Origin: an uncultured Alphaproteobacteria bacterium
GTDB taxonomy: Bacteria; Pseudomonadota; Alphaproteobacteria; Methylaequorales; Methylaequoraceae
Assembly (NCBI GenBank): GCA_902563505.1
Contig: CACEXK010000005.1
Location: 6,636-70,635, forward strand
Reading direction: 5' to 3'
Length of the DNA stretch: 64,000 bases
Shown: positions 36,327-47,015 of the stretch, in pieces
Layout: every line of letters starts with the position of its first letter
Numbering within the stretch: position 1 is the first letter of the stretch
Program-made: the position numbers and the translations under genes
The notes under the pieces: model-generated
What the model was told of the DNA's origin: nothing
What the model saw: only the letters and a program-made list of their open reading frames with translations
Databases searched by the model: none

Positions 36327-37040
36327 TCAGTAAATTCCATTAATAAAATTAATTAATGGCTTATTTCTACTTTTTAAAATATCTTTTGATTTACCATACC
36401 ATGAGATTTTTCCATTTTTAATAAATGCCGTATAGTCTGAAAATTCGTAAACACTCTCCATATCATGAGTGACAGTTATTGTTGTAATCTTGTTTTTTTT
36501 TACAAGTTTTTTGATTAGCAAAATAATTTGTCGACCAATTATAGGGTCTAGCCCAGTGGTTGGTTCATCCAAAATCAATATCTCTGGATCTTTGAGGATA
36601 GCCCGAGCTAACCCTATCCTTTTTTGAACCCCGATAGACAAATTCGATGGGTATTCTTGAAGTATAGATTTAGGTAACGAAACATCAACTAAGATTTTCG
36701 AAAGATCACAATCTTTTTTGGCAAATCTGAGATTTTCCTCTATTGTTAAGCTATCGAATAAAGCTGCATTTTGAAAAAGAATTCCAAATTTTGTCATGTA
36801 AGCATTTTTTTTTTTTGAATTTAATTCCTTAATATTTCTTATTTTATCATAAGATATAAAGCCAGAATCATAATCCAACAAACCATCTATACACTTTGTT
36901 AGTACTGATTTTCCAGAACCAGATTCTCCTATAATTGCCAAAGATTCAGATTCATAAACCTTAAGATTTAATTTTTTTAGAACATTCTTTCCACTAAAAC
37001 TTTTTGACAAATTTTCAATATTTATTTTTAATCTTCTCAT
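36327..37040 (-). CDS. mlaF: MlaF-type ABC ATPase
   Basis: GESGSGKS, LSIGVQKRIGLARA, DEPTTGLDP. Confidence 0.88.
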   Translation of the reverse strand: MRRLKINIENLSKSFSGKNVLKKLNLKVYESESLAIIGESGSGKSVLTKCIDGLLDYDSGFISYDKIRNIKELNSKKKNAYMTKFGILFQNAALFDSLTIEENLRFAKKDCDLSKILVDVSLPKSILQEYPSNLSIGVQKRIGLARAILKDPEILILDEPTTGLDPIIGRQIILLIKKLVKKNKITTITVTHDMESVYEFSDYTAFIKNGKISWYGKSKDILKSRNKPLINFINGIY

Positions 37041-37834
37041 AGATCAAAAAATAATGATGTTAATATATAATTTGTTAGTAGAATTAATATTGATGATGAG
37101 ACTACAGAGTATGTTGTGGACATACCAACACCTTGCGCACCTCCCTTTGCATTGAAACCGTGGTAACAACCCATAAAAGTAATTATAAATCCAAAAACGC
37201 ATGCCTTTACAAGTCCAGAAAATACATCGAGAAATTGGACAAAATTAAAGGTATTTTGTAAATATACCGTTGGATTGAAGTTTAAAACTTGGGTACAAAT
37301 TAAATACCCCCCAAATACACCAATTATATCTCCGATAAAAACAAGAAATGGTAATGAAATCAAACCAGCTAATATTCTTGGAACAATTAAATAGTTATAT
37401 GGATTTGTGGAGAGGGTCTTTAAAGCGTCGATTTGTTCTGTTACCTTCATTGTACCAATTTCAGCTGCAATAGCAGCTCCAGATCTTCCTGCAACCATAA
37501 GCCCTGCCAACACAGGAGCCAACTCTCTAGTAATAGATAAAACAACTACATTGGGAATAGCACTTTCGGCCGAAAATCTGGAAAACCCAGTATAAGATTG
37601 TAGAGCAAGAACCATTCCTGTAAAGATTGATGTTAAACCTACAACTGGTAATGAGTTATAACCAATTTTTATTAACTGAGCTAAAAATACTTTTGGATAA
37701 AATTTATCAAGAAATATGTATTTAACACATTCAATAAAAAATAAAACAATTTCACCTATTGAGCAAAAAATCCCAAAAGATAAATCACCTATTTTTTTTA
37801 AATAATTTATGAATTTTTTTAAAAATTGATTCAT
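37037..37834 (-). CDS. mlaE: MlaE-type ABC permease
   Basis: RELAPVLAGLMVAGRSGAAIAAEIGTMKVTEQIDAL. Confidence 0.95.
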   Translation of the reverse strand: MNQFLKKFINYLKKIGDLSFGIFCSIGEIVLFFIECVKYIFLDKFYPKVFLAQLIKIGYNSLPVVGLTSIFTGMVLALQSYTGFSRFSAESAIPNVVVLSITRELAPVLAGLMVAGRSGAAIAAEIGTMKVTEQIDALKTLSTNPYNYLIVPRILAGLISLPFLVFIGDIIGVFGGYLICTQVLNFNPTVYLQNTFNFVQFLDVFSGLVKACVFGFIITFMGCYHGFNAKGGAQGVGMSTTYSVVSSSILILLTNYILTSLFFDL

Positions 37835-37921
37835 AATTTTGTAATCATAAGTATTTTTTAATTGAATACCAACAATATTTGAAATTTGGATATTATTAAA
37901 ACCAAAAGGTTAATTTAAAAA

Positions 37922-39391
37922 CTATTGTTCAGTTAGTCCTGAATTAGCAAGGTCAGAAAATTTTGTTGTTGATGCGTTGAAATGCAACTTAACCCTTGAG
38001 ATAGGTCCATGCCTGTGTTTTGCAACTATTGCTTCAGCAATATTATGCACTTTCTCCATTTTGCTTGTCCACATCATGTGTTTTTCTGTTCCTTCTGCTG
38101 GCTCTGTTCTAGCTAAATAATATTCTTCTCTATATAAGAAAACTACCAAATCAGCATCTTGTTCAATTGATCCAGATTCTCTGAGATCGGCAAGTTGGGG
38201 TCTTTTTTCATCTCTATCTTCAACTTTTCTTGAAAGTTGGGACAAGGCAATAACTGGTATATTCAATTCTTTGGCAATAGCTTTTAGTCCTCGTGTTATA
38301 TCCGATATTTCTTTAACTCTATTTTCGGTTGTACTCCTAGAATCACTATTAATTAATTGAAGGTAATCTAAGATGATTAAATCTAAACCTTGCTTTCTTT
38401 TAAGTCTTCTAGCCCTACTTCTTACAGACGAAACAGTAAGTGCTGGGGAGTCATCAATATAAAGAGATAGTGATTTTAATTTTTCACTTCCTTTAATTAT
38501 AGACTCAAAGTCTCTTTTTGAGAGGTTGCCAGTCCTTATATTTTCTGATGAAATTTTTGAAATTTCTGAAATTAGTCTTGTTGCAAGTTGTTCTGATGAC
38601 ATCTCAAGAGAAAAGAAAAGTACATTTTTTTTTTTGGAATCACTTTTTTCTGTAAATTGACATATGTTTGAGGCAATATTAGTTGCGAACGCAGTTTTCC
38701 CCATTGAAGGTCTGCCTGCTATAATTATTAAATCTGACTTATGTAGTCCACCAATTTTTTTATCAAAATCTGCCAACCCTGTTTTTAAACCAACTACATC
38801 AGAACTTTTTTTGAATGCTTTTTCGGCATAATTAAGAGTTTCTACTAATACATCATCAAATTGTTTTGGTCCTCTTTCGAAATCTCCCTGATTGGCCAAG
38901 TTAAATAAACCTGATTCAGTTCTTTCAATTATTTCAACAGAATCTTGATCATTAAAATTGCTATAAGATTCATTTATAAGATCCGTTCCTAGGTCAATTA
39001 ATTTTCTTCTTAGGAAGAGATCATATATCAACTCACCATATTGTTTTGAATTTATTATACTTATTGAATTCTCAATTATACCTAGAAGGTAAGGTAACCC
39101 TCCTCCACTTTCAAATTCTTCATCATTTTCCAAAAATACCTTAAGAGTGTTTATATCCGCAACTTGATCATTAGTTATTAATTTTTTAAGTGTTTTGAAT
39201 ATTATTGCATTGATTTTACTTGAAAAATGTTCTGATTCCAAAAAATTTTCAACCTTTTCAAAAGCTAGATTGTTTGAAATAATTGCACCAAGAAGAGCTT
39301 GTTCTGCTCCTGGATTAATTGGAACCTCTCTTGAAATATTAGTTGACTGCGAAACTAGATTAGTGAGTTTATTTCCTTGATCTGTAACCAT
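37922..39391 (-). CDS. dnaB: Replicative DNA helicase
   Basis: AGRPSMGKT, FSLEMS, DYLQL, SQLSR, LRESGSIEQDAD, KHRHGP. Confidence 0.98.
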   Translation of the reverse strand: MVTDQGNKLTNLVSQSTNISREVPINPGAEQALLGAIISNNLAFEKVENFLESEHFSSKINAIIFKTLKKLITNDQVADINTLKVFLENDEEFESGGGLPYLLGIIENSISIINSKQYGELIYDLFLRRKLIDLGTDLINESYSNFNDQDSVEIIERTESGLFNLANQGDFERGPKQFDDVLVETLNYAEKAFKKSSDVVGLKTGLADFDKKIGGLHKSDLIIIAGRPSMGKTAFATNIASNICQFTEKSDSKKKNVLFFSLEMSSEQLATRLISEISKISSENIRTGNLSKRDFESIIKGSEKLKSLSLYIDDSPALTVSSVRSRARRLKRKQGLDLIILDYLQLINSDSRSTTENRVKEISDITRGLKAIAKELNIPVIALSQLSRKVEDRDEKRPQLADLRESGSIEQDADLVVFLYREEYYLARTEPAEGTEKHMMWTSKMEKVHNIAEAIVAKHRHGPISRVKLHFNASTTKFSDLANSGLTEQ

Positions 39392-39437
39392 TAAATGATA
39401 GTAACAAAAAAAATTATATAAGCATTATTTTTCTGTC

Positions 39438-39455
39438 TGTGGATTAAGTGGATAA
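39438..39455 (-). promoter_or_regulatory. Two tandem DnaA-box-like 9-mers upstream of dnaB
   Basis: Minus strand TTATCCACT (39455-39447) and TAATCCACA (39446-39438), each one mismatch from TTATCCACA. Confidence 0.6.
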
Positions 39456-39466
39456 CGGGTAAAACT

Positions 39467-40426
39467 TTAGAAATTTGTTAGATATAACCAAATTAAATAT
39501 ATAATATAAAAAAATAAGAATAGATATGAGTATCTTTTACTGATTGAAGATTTGTAAAAAATAATTAACGAAAAAATTAAAGTACAAAAAGTCAAAAAAA
39601 TTATTTCAATTAGCAATGTATCTTTTTCATAACTAAACGAACTAAATAGTGAGGAGATCCCTAAGATTAATAACAAATTATAAATATTCGAACCTATAAT
39701 ATTGCCAAGAATAATTTCTGATTTACCTCTTTTTGCAGCTTTAATTGATGTGGCTATCTCTGGAAGTGATGTTCCCAATGCAATAATTGTCAACCCTAAA
39801 AATGATTCAGATATACCAAGAGTGACTGAAATCTTAATTGCTGAAACAACAGTTAACTCCGCTCCAAAAATAGTTAAAAAGATAGATATAATTGTTACTG
39901 GGATTCCCCACTTAATAGGGTTTCTATATATAATGTTTGATAAATTATCATTTTCAAATTGAACATTCCCAGTCTCACCTGACCCTGATTTTTTAAAACA
40001 GAAAAATAGATATGAAAAGAATAGTATTATAAAAAATAAACCATCTAAGAAATCAAATTTAAAAAAAATAAATAAGATTAAAAAAATAATATGAATAAAA
40101 AAATGAAAGAGTATATCAAACTTAGATACATTTTTAGCTAAACATTCCGATATTAGTAACGCAAAACCTAAAACAAGAAGTAAGTTAGATATGTTCGAGC
40201 CAATTACATTTCCAATAGACAAGCCGGGAGAATTTTTCATTACCGCGTCAACTGAAACTAATAATTCAGGTAAAGATGTCCCAAAACCAATTACAATTAG
40301 ACCAATAAAGAATTCAGAAACTTTAAATCTTTTACCAAGTGCAATCGAGCTGGATAAAAGAAAATCAGCCCCTTTAACGACTAAAAACAAACCTAACAAC
40401 AATAGTAAGGTCTGGCTTATGATCAT
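39467..40426 (-). CDS. Ca2+/Na+ antiporter (YrbG/CaCA family)
   Basis: Duplicated GTSLPE alpha repeats and GNVIGSN/GNIIGSN. Confidence 0.92.
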   Translation of the reverse strand: MIISQTLLLLLGLFLVVKGADFLLSSSIALGKRFKVSEFFIGLIVIGFGTSLPELLVSVDAVMKNSPGLSIGNVIGSNISNLLLVLGFALLISECLAKNVSKFDILFHFFIHIIFLILFIFFKFDFLDGLFFIILFFSYLFFCFKKSGSGETGNVQFENDNLSNIIYRNPIKWGIPVTIISIFLTIFGAELTVVSAIKISVTLGISESFLGLTIIALGTSLPEIATSIKAAKRGKSEIILGNIIGSNIYNLLLILGISSLFSSFSYEKDTLLIEIIFLTFCTLIFSLIIFYKSSISKRYSYLFLFFYIIYLIWLYLTNF

Positions 40427-40469
40427 TAGAAATAAAATTTAAGTTTTATTATTGAATTTCGAACAAACC

Positions 40470-41171
40470 TCATTTTTGTTTATCAGCACTTTTAATTTCT
40501 TCTTTGTTATCTGATTTTAGAGTTGTACTTTTTTTTGGTGATTTTTCCTTTTTTGATAATTCTTTTTTTTCTTCGTCATTTTTCACTTCTTTTGCAGAAT
40601 TTAGCTGATTTTCTTCAGTTTTTTTTGAAGATGATTTTGGAGTTTCTTTTGAAGTAATTTTCTTTTCATCTTTATCTTCAACTTTATTAGCTTCTACTTT
40701 TTGTGATTTAGCATTTTCTAATGATGTTGCAACATTAATCTTTAAATTACAACTTACATCAGCATGCAATTTGATATTAATATCATAGATTCCAATTTTT
40801 TTTATAACATTATGTAGATTAATATTAGATGGTCTTATATCAATTTTTTGTTTTTCAAAATAACTTGAAATATCCTTTGGGGATACCGAGCCATATAATT
40901 GCCCATTATCGCTAGCATTTCTAATGAAAACGATCTCTTTTTCTGATATTTTTTTTATTACAGATTTTGCATTTTCAATTATCTTATTATTTTTTTCTAA
41001 AACTTCATCTTTAATTTTTGAAAAATAGTCTTTATTTTGTTTATTTGCTCTTAGAGCTTTTTTTTGAGGAATAAGAAAATTTCTAGCAAAACCATCTTTA
41101 ACATTTACTACATCACCAATTTTTCCAAGTTTATTCAGACTTTCTAAGAGAATAACTTCCATAATAATCAA
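40470..41171 (-). CDS. rplI: 50S ribosomal protein L9 with long charged C-terminal tail
   Basis: GKIGDVVNVKDGFARNFLIP, LYGSV. Confidence 0.97.
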   Translation of the reverse strand: MIIMEVILLESLNKLGKIGDVVNVKDGFARNFLIPQKKALRANKQNKDYFSKIKDEVLEKNNKIIENAKSVIKKISEKEIVFIRNASDNGQLYGSVSPKDISSYFEKQKIDIRPSNINLHNVIKKIGIYDINIKLHADVSCNLKINVATSLENAKSQKVEANKVEDKDEKKITSKETPKSSSKKTEENQLNSAKEVKNDEEKKELSKKEKSPKKSTTLKSDNKEEIKSADKQK

Positions 41172-42118
41172 ACCTTTTTAATATTTCTTAAGAAAAGCTT
41201 TTTAAAAGTGTTATAAAAACCCAAGAAAAAAATTATCAAAATAAGAACATAACCTAAAAAAATAAAAAGTAAAAATATAATTAAAATTTTTAAATATATA
41301 TTTATATTAAATTTTTCAAAACTACTGCTAAAGATTCTAGAACCCTGGAAGAAAAAAACAGACCCTAAAACAATTGAACTATTAATAAAATAGAATTTAA
41401 AATCATTGTTAGAATAGAATGATAGAATAATAACTAGAAAAAAAACAAAAAAATACCATCTTGGAACATAAAAATCGTCTAAAAAGAGTTTATATTTTTT
41501 TTCAAAATTAAGTTTTTTTGAAAAAAAACTAGCAATCTGAAAATTCACTATGAAAGTCGTCAAAAACACTAAAGCATTTATGGAGGGAATAATTTTTATC
41601 ATATTTTCGATTGATTCATCATTAAATTCTATTGTACTAGTATCTGAATTTTCTGTAATATTTTGAGCTATGTTTGAGAAGTAAAGTTTTAAATTACTGT
41701 AGTCAATTTTTGAAAAGTAAAAGAATATAAGACCATTTACAGTAAAGAGGACAGCTAATATAAATGCAATTATAACTTTGTCAGATGATTTTTTCTTCTC
41801 AAGACTAGATTTTAGCAATGCAAAAAAGAAAAAAACCAATACAGAGACTATTGTGTAGTTGTAGAAAAAGTTTAATGATATATTTTTTTCAAGCTCAAAA
41901 AAATTACTTAAACATAAAATCAAAAATAAAAAATTAGATATTATTAAACTAGACAGAAAAACTTCAATTTTTAATATTTGTCCTATAAAAATTATAGGTA
42001 ATGAATTAAACACAGGAAATAACTGGGGAGAAATTTTTAAAATTATTGATTCTAGTGTTAATAAAAAAAGTGATGAATAAATTAGAATAGAGATTGAGTT
42101 TCTATTTCCTAGAACCAT
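41168..42118 (-). CDS. DUF2232/YybS-like membrane protein
   Basis: Multi-TM, between rpsR and rplI; likely ATG at 42118 overlapping the rpsR stop. Confidence 0.65.
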   Translation of the reverse strand: MVLGNRNSISILIYSSLFLLTLESIILKISPQLFPVFNSLPIIFIGQILKIEVFLSSLIISNFLFLILCLSNFFELEKNISLNFFYNYTIVSVLVFFFFALLKSSLEKKKSSDKVIIAFILAVLFTVNGLIFFYFSKIDYSNLKLYFSNIAQNITENSDTSTIEFNDESIENMIKIIPSINALVFLTTFIVNFQIASFFSKKLNFEKKYKLFLDDFYVPRWYFFVFFLVIILSFYSNNDFKFYFINSSIVLGSVFFFQGSRIFSSSFEKFNINIYLKILIIFLLFIFLGYVLILIIFFLGFYNTFKKLFLRNIKKV

Positions 42119-42363
42119 TAATTTGAGACATATGGTAAAAGAGCTAAGTATCTTGCTATTTTTACCGCTTTGGAAAGTTCTTTTTGTTTTTTTGTGCAAA
42201 CCTGAGTGACTCTACTAGGTAATATTTTTCCTTTTTCGGTGGTATATCTCTTTAAGATTGCAAGATTCTTATAATCAATTTCAGGTGCATCTTTACCTGA
42301 TAAGGGACAGGATTTATTAAATAAAAGACGCGATGATGTATTGTCAAAAACCTTATTTTTCAT
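42118..42363 (-). CDS. rpsR: 30S ribosomal protein S18
   Basis: IDYKN...GKILPSRVT...ARYLALLPY. Confidence 0.97.
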   Translation of the reverse strand: MKNKVFDNTSSRLLFNKSCPLSGKDAPEIDYKNLAILKRYTTEKGKILPSRVTQVCTKKQKELSKAVKIARYLALLPYVSN

Positions 42364-42698
42364 GATTTTATATCCTGAGATCTACTATCATCTAATAATG
42401 AAGAATTTTTATCATATGATTTAATTTTTATATTAAGAAACCTGAGGAATTCATCATCTTGTTTCACTTTCTTATCGAAATCTGCGTATATATTAGATTC
42501 TGACTCACTGATTGTCATAAAATAATATCCTTTTGAATTTTTTTTTATCTTATAGGCCAATGTTCTTAGTCCCCATGATTCTTTTTTAAGAATTTTACCG
42601 CCAAGCTTTTTAATTTGATCTAAAAAGTCATCTAATTTTTTTTCAGCAGCTTTATCGGATATTTGACCACTGAAAACGAATACATTTTCGTACAACAT
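42360..42698 (-). CDS. rpsF: 30S ribosomal protein S6
   Basis: [18 protein letters not shown]. Confidence 0.96.
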   Translation of the reverse strand: MLYENVFVFSGQISDKAAEKKLDDFLDQIKKLGGKILKKESWGLRTLAYKIKKNSKGYYFMTISESESNIYADFDKKVKQDDEFLRFLNIKIKSYDKNSSLLDDSRSQDIKS

Positions 42699-42817
42699 TT
42701 CATTACTCCTTATGGATAAATTTTTTAAAAAAATTTAGCTAAATTTTGTTAGCAAGGTTAATTTTGTGGTTTTATAACATTAATGTTATATATTTTAAAG
42801 ATACTTTATAAAAAATT

Positions 42818-43783
42818 ATGATAAAACCTTTTGTTTTTATTTTTCCCGGACAGGGCTCCCAGAAAGTCGGGATGGGAAAAACTCTCTATGAAAATAGTAA
42901 AATTGCTCAACAGGTTTTTGACGAGGTAGATGACTCACTTAATCAAAAATTAACAAGCATTATTTTTGAGGGTAAGGAAGAAGATCTTAAAAAAACTTCA
43001 AATGCTCAGCCTGCATTAATGGCGGTAAGCATTGCAATAATAAGATTAATTGAAGATGAGCTAGGAAAAAAAATTTCTGATTTTGTTGAAGTCGTTCTTG
43101 GACATTCGCTTGGAGAATACACGGCGCTTTGTGCAATTAATTCTATTGATTTGAAATCAACAGCAAGAATCTTGAGAACAAGAGGGAATGCAATGCAAGA
43201 TTCTGTTAAAGGCATTCAAACAAGAATGGTTGCTGTAATAGGTTTAGATATAAAAAAAATTGAGGATATACTCAAAAAAAATATTACAAAAGACGAAAAT
43301 TTGTGTGAAATAGCAAATGACAACTGTCCAGGTCAAGTTATTCTATCAGGAACAAAAAAGGGTTTGGAACTGATTAATGATGAACTCAAAGATTCTGGTG
43401 CAAGGTCAATCATTGATTTGAATGTTAGCGCCCCATTTCATTGTAGCTTAATGAACCCAGCATCTGAAATTATGGCGAAGACACTTGCAAAGATTGATAT
43501 TAAAAAACCAGACACAAATTTTATAAGCAATGTTTCAGCTGATTTTGAAAACGATCCAAAAAAAATAAAAAAACTTCTTGTAGATCAAGTCTATTCCAGA
43601 GTTAAATGGAGAGAAAGTATTAACAGAATTTCCGATTTAAATATCAAAAGTGTTATTGAGATTGGTTCAGGGAAGGTATTAACCGGTTTGAATAAAAGGA
43701 TTGGTTTACAAAAAGACTATTCAAATGTTTCAGATGCCTTAGACATAAACAGATTTTTACAAGATTATAAAAGCTTATTATGA
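42818..43783 (+). CDS. fabD: Malonyl-CoA:ACP transacylase
   Basis: FPGQGSQ, GHSLGEY, VSAPFH. Confidence 0.97.
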   Translation: MIKPFVFIFPGQGSQKVGMGKTLYENSKIAQQVFDEVDDSLNQKLTSIIFEGKEEDLKKTSNAQPALMAVSIAIIRLIEDELGKKISDFVEVVLGHSLGEYTALCAINSIDLKSTARILRTRGNAMQDSVKGIQTRMVAVIGLDIKKIEDILKKNITKDENLCEIANDNCPGQVILSGTKKGLELINDELKDSGARSIIDLNVSAPFHCSLMNPASEIMAKTLAKIDIKKPDTNFISNVSADFENDPKKIKKLLVDQVYSRVKWRESINRISDLNIKSVIEIGSGKVLTGLNKRIGLQKDYSNVSDALDINRFLQDYKSLL

Positions 43784-44502
43784 AAAAAAATTTATTAATA
43801 ACTGGTGCAACGGGGGGAATCGGAAAAGCTATATGCAGGTTGCTTCAAAAAAAATATGATTTAATAGTAGTCGGAAGAGATAAGCAAAAATTAGAAAATT
43901 TAGATAAAGAGGAGATTTCAGTAAAAAAAAAAATTGTATGTGATTTATCACAAACAGAACAAATTAAAAATCTCGTTGAAAACCTTGTCAAACAGTCAAT
44001 TCAAATTGATGTTCTTGTAAACAATGCAGGAGTAACAGATGATAGTTTATTTATAAGAATGACCACCGAAAAATGGGATAATGTTATAAAAACAAATTTG
44101 AACTCTAACTTTCTTTTAACTAATTTAATTTCAAAAATTATGATAAAAAAAAAATGGGGAAGAATTATAAATATAACTTCTGTTGTTGGTCATACAGGAA
44201 ACATTGGTCAATCAAATTACTCTGCGTCTAAAGCAGCAATTATTTCAATGTCAAAATCTATTGCTATTGAGTTGGCAAAAAGAAATATTACTGTTAATTG
44301 CATATCTCCTGGTTTTATTCAGACTAATATGACAGAAATTCTATCTGATGATCAAAAAAAAAATATCCTCCAAAAAATTCCTATAGGCGAGATTGGTACT
44401 CCAGATGATGTGGCATATTGTGTTGAATTTCTTGCTTCAGAACAATCAAGGTATATTACCGGCGAGACAATTCATGTGAATGGTGGGTTGGCGATGTTAT
44501 AA
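43780..44502 (+). CDS. fabG: 3-oxoacyl-ACP reductase
   Basis: TGATGGIG, NNAG, NYSASK. Confidence 0.96.
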   Translation: MKKNLLITGATGGIGKAICRLLQKKYDLIVVGRDKQKLENLDKEEISVKKKIVCDLSQTEQIKNLVENLVKQSIQIDVLVNNAGVTDDSLFIRMTTEKWDNVIKTNLNSNFLLTNLISKIMIKKKWGRIINITSVVGHTGNIGQSNYSASKAAIISMSKSIAIELAKRNITVNCISPGFIQTNMTEILSDDQKKNILQKIPIGEIGTPDDVAYCVEFLASEQSRYITGETIHVNGGLAML

Positions 44503-44575
44503 TTATATTTGATTTAAAAAAAAAAACATTTATTAATATATACTTAACTAAAACTATAAAAAGTAAGGAAAAAAT

Positions 44576-44812
44576 ATGAGTGATATTGCAGATAGAGTAA
44601 AAAATATTGTTGTTGAACACTTAGGCGTTGAAAAAGAAAAAGTTGTTGATGAAGCAAGTTTTGTTGATGATTTGGGGGCGGATAGCCTAGATACAGTTGA
44701 ATTGGTAATGGCTTTTGAAGAAGAATTTAATATTGAAATACCAGACGATGTAGCTGAAAAAATTACTACTATAAAAGACGCAATAGATCATATTGAAAAA
44801 TCACAAAATTAA
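44576..44812 (+). CDS. acpP: Acyl carrier protein
   Basis: [14 protein letters not shown]. Confidence 0.98.
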   Translation: MSDIADRVKNIVVEHLGVEKEKVVDEASFVDDLGADSLDTVELVMAFEEEFNIEIPDDVAEKITTIKDAIDHIEKSQN

Positions 44813-44815
44813 TAT

Positions 44816-46069
44816 ATGAGAAGAGTGGTCGTTACAGGTATTGGAATGTGCACACCACTCGGTTATGGTGCTGAGTTTGGTTGGGAAAAATTAATTAATT
44901 CAGAATCTGGCATTAGAAAACTAGAAGGTTTTGAGATAGATGACTTGCCTTCACAAGTCGGAGGTCAAATTCCTAGGGAGGGAAGATCAGAGCTATTTCC
45001 TGAAAATGTTATAGAGCATAAAGAAAAAAAAAAAATGGAGCCTTTTATTCAGTATGCTCTTATTGCAGCTAAGGAAGCAATAAAAGATTCTGGATGGGAA
45101 GTCAAAAACGATAAAGATTCAGAAAGAACTGGGGTTATGGTTGGTTCTGGGATTGGTGGTTTGGATGGGATAAGAATGAGTTCCGAAAGTTTGGCAAAAA
45201 GTCCAAGAAAAATTTCTCCCTTTTTTATTCCTTCTTGTTTGATAAATCTTGCAACAGGACATATCTCTATAAAGCATAATTTTAGAGGACCGAACCATTC
45301 TGTTGTCACGGCATGTGCTTCTGGTGCTCATGCAATTGGAGATTCTTTTAGAATTATATCCTTTGGTGATGCTGATATTATGGTTGCAGGTGGGACAGAG
45401 GCAGCTTGCACAAGATTGGGTGTAGCAGGTTTTTGCGCAATGAGAGCTTTGTCCTCAAGATTTAATAATGAACCGGAAAGAGCCTCTAGGCCTTGGGACA
45501 AAGATAGGGATGGATTTGTATTATCTGAAGGAGCAGGAATTGTTGTTTTAGAAGAATATGAACATGCAATGAGGAGATCTGCAAAAATTTATGCTGAAAT
45601 AGTTGGTTATGGTCTGACAGGTGACGCATATCATCCAACAGCTCCGGCAACAGATGGTAATGGAGGGTATAGAGCAATGAAAATGGCACTAGAAAATGCA
45701 AAATTGAACTGTAGTTCAGTTAACTATATAAATGCCCATGGAACTTCTACACCCCTTGGTGACGAAATTGAATTTAACGCAATAAGAAAACTTTTTGGAA
45801 ATGATTTATCTAATGTTTTTATTTCATCCACAAAATCCTCTACTGGTCATTTACTCGGTGCATCAGGTGCTATTGAATCAATTTTTTCAATGCTTTCTCT
45901 TCGTGATGATGTGATAGCCCCAACACTAAACCTTGAGAGTCCATCTGAATGTTGTGCAAAAGCAAATTTAGTACCTCACCAAAGTATCGAAAATAAAAAC
46001 AATTTTTCCCTTTCAAATTCATTCGGTTTTGGTGGAACAAATGTCTCACTAATTTTCAAAAAAATTTAA
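44816..46069 (+). CDS. fabF: 3-oxoacyl-ACP synthase II
   Basis: TACASG, NAHGTST, SNSFGFGG. Confidence 0.98.
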   Translation: MRRVVVTGIGMCTPLGYGAEFGWEKLINSESGIRKLEGFEIDDLPSQVGGQIPREGRSELFPENVIEHKEKKKMEPFIQYALIAAKEAIKDSGWEVKNDKDSERTGVMVGSGIGGLDGIRMSSESLAKSPRKISPFFIPSCLINLATGHISIKHNFRGPNHSVVTACASGAHAIGDSFRIISFGDADIMVAGGTEAACTRLGVAGFCAMRALSSRFNNEPERASRPWDKDRDGFVLSEGAGIVVLEEYEHAMRRSAKIYAEIVGYGLTGDAYHPTAPATDGNGGYRAMKMALENAKLNCSSVNYINAHGTSTPLGDEIEFNAIRKLFGNDLSNVFISSTKSSTGHLLGASGAIESIFSMLSLRDDVIAPTLNLESPSECCAKANLVPHQSIENKNNFSLSNSFGFGGTNVSLIFKKI

Positions 46070-46073
46070 AATA

Positions 46074-47015
46074 GTGTTAAAGAATTTTATTTTATTAGTT
46101 TTAGTTTTAACAATAAATCTTCTAAGTTACACTTTTTTTGGTCCGAATAAATTAGAGCATTCCGTAAATATTATTGTGAAACCAGGAATGAGATTAAATG
46201 AGATCACTAATGTTCTGCACAGCGAAAGCATTATATCAAGTAAACTAGCATTTAAAACTTGGGTGAAAATAAATCGGCTAGAAAGAGATTTAAAGTATGG
46301 TGAGTTTATGTTTAAAAGAGAGGACTCAATTTATGAAATTACAAAAAAACTTAATAAAGGTGACTATGCATATAGAAAACTTACTATAGTAGAGGGAACA
46401 TATAAATATGATTTGCTCTCAAAACTAAAAATGATAGATCCCGAAACTCAACTTACCCTCGAAGACATACCTGATGAGATTATTGCTAATACCTATAAAT
46501 ATCAGGTTACAGACAAAGCTGATCGAATACTCCAAAATATTAAAAAATTTAGTAATGATCTTTCATTTAATATTTGGGAAAAAAGACAAAAGTCTATTCC
46601 ACTCAACAATATCTCTGAAATGTATATTCTAGCTTCAATTGTTGAAAAAGAAACTGCACTTAAAAGAGAAAAACCTGTAATTGCAGGTGTATTTTATAAT
46701 AGACTGAAAAGTAAGATGAGATTGCAATCGGATCCAACTGTTGAATTTTCTATTACACTAGGGAAAAAAAAATTAGATAGAAAACTTTATAGGAAAGATC
46801 TTAAATTCATTTCAGAATTTAACACATATGTAAATCATGGTTTGCCACCATCAATTATATGTTTTCCAGGGATTGATTCATTAATAGCGGTTTCTAAACC
46901 ATATAAGAGTGACTACAAATATTTCGTTTCAAAAAATTTGAGAGGCGAACATTTTTTTTCTACAAACTATAAAGAACATTTAGAAAATATTAGAGCAGCA
47001 AAGAATGCAAAATAA
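46074..47015 (+). CDS. mltG: Endolytic transglycosylase MltG
   Basis: ASIVEKE, FYNRL, LQSDPT, GLPP. Confidence 0.93.
   Translation: MLKNFILLVLVLTINLLSYTFFGPNKLEHSVNIIVKPGMRLNEITNVLHSESIISSKLAFKTWVKINRLERDLKYGEFMFKREDSIYEITKKLNKGDYAYRKLTIVEGTYKYDLLSKLKMIDPETQLTLEDIPDEIIANTYKYQVTDKADRILQNIKKFSNDLSFNIWEKRQKSIPLNNISEMYILASIVEKETALKREKPVIAGVFYNRLKSKMRLQSDPTVEFSITLGKKKLDRKLYRKDLKFISEFNTYVNHGLPPSIICFPGIDSLIAVSKPYKSDYKYFVSKNLRGEHFFSTNYKEHLENIRAAKNAK

Noticed and set aside
40470-40725. Long K/E-rich tail of L9 as a novel fusion
   Set aside because: Low-complexity C-terminal extensions of L9 are common in alphaproteobacteria and no domain is recognisable.
42119-42199. N-terminal extension of the DUF2232-like ORF
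   Set aside because: It overlaps rpsR in another frame; the ATG at 42118 couples neatly to the rpsR stop.
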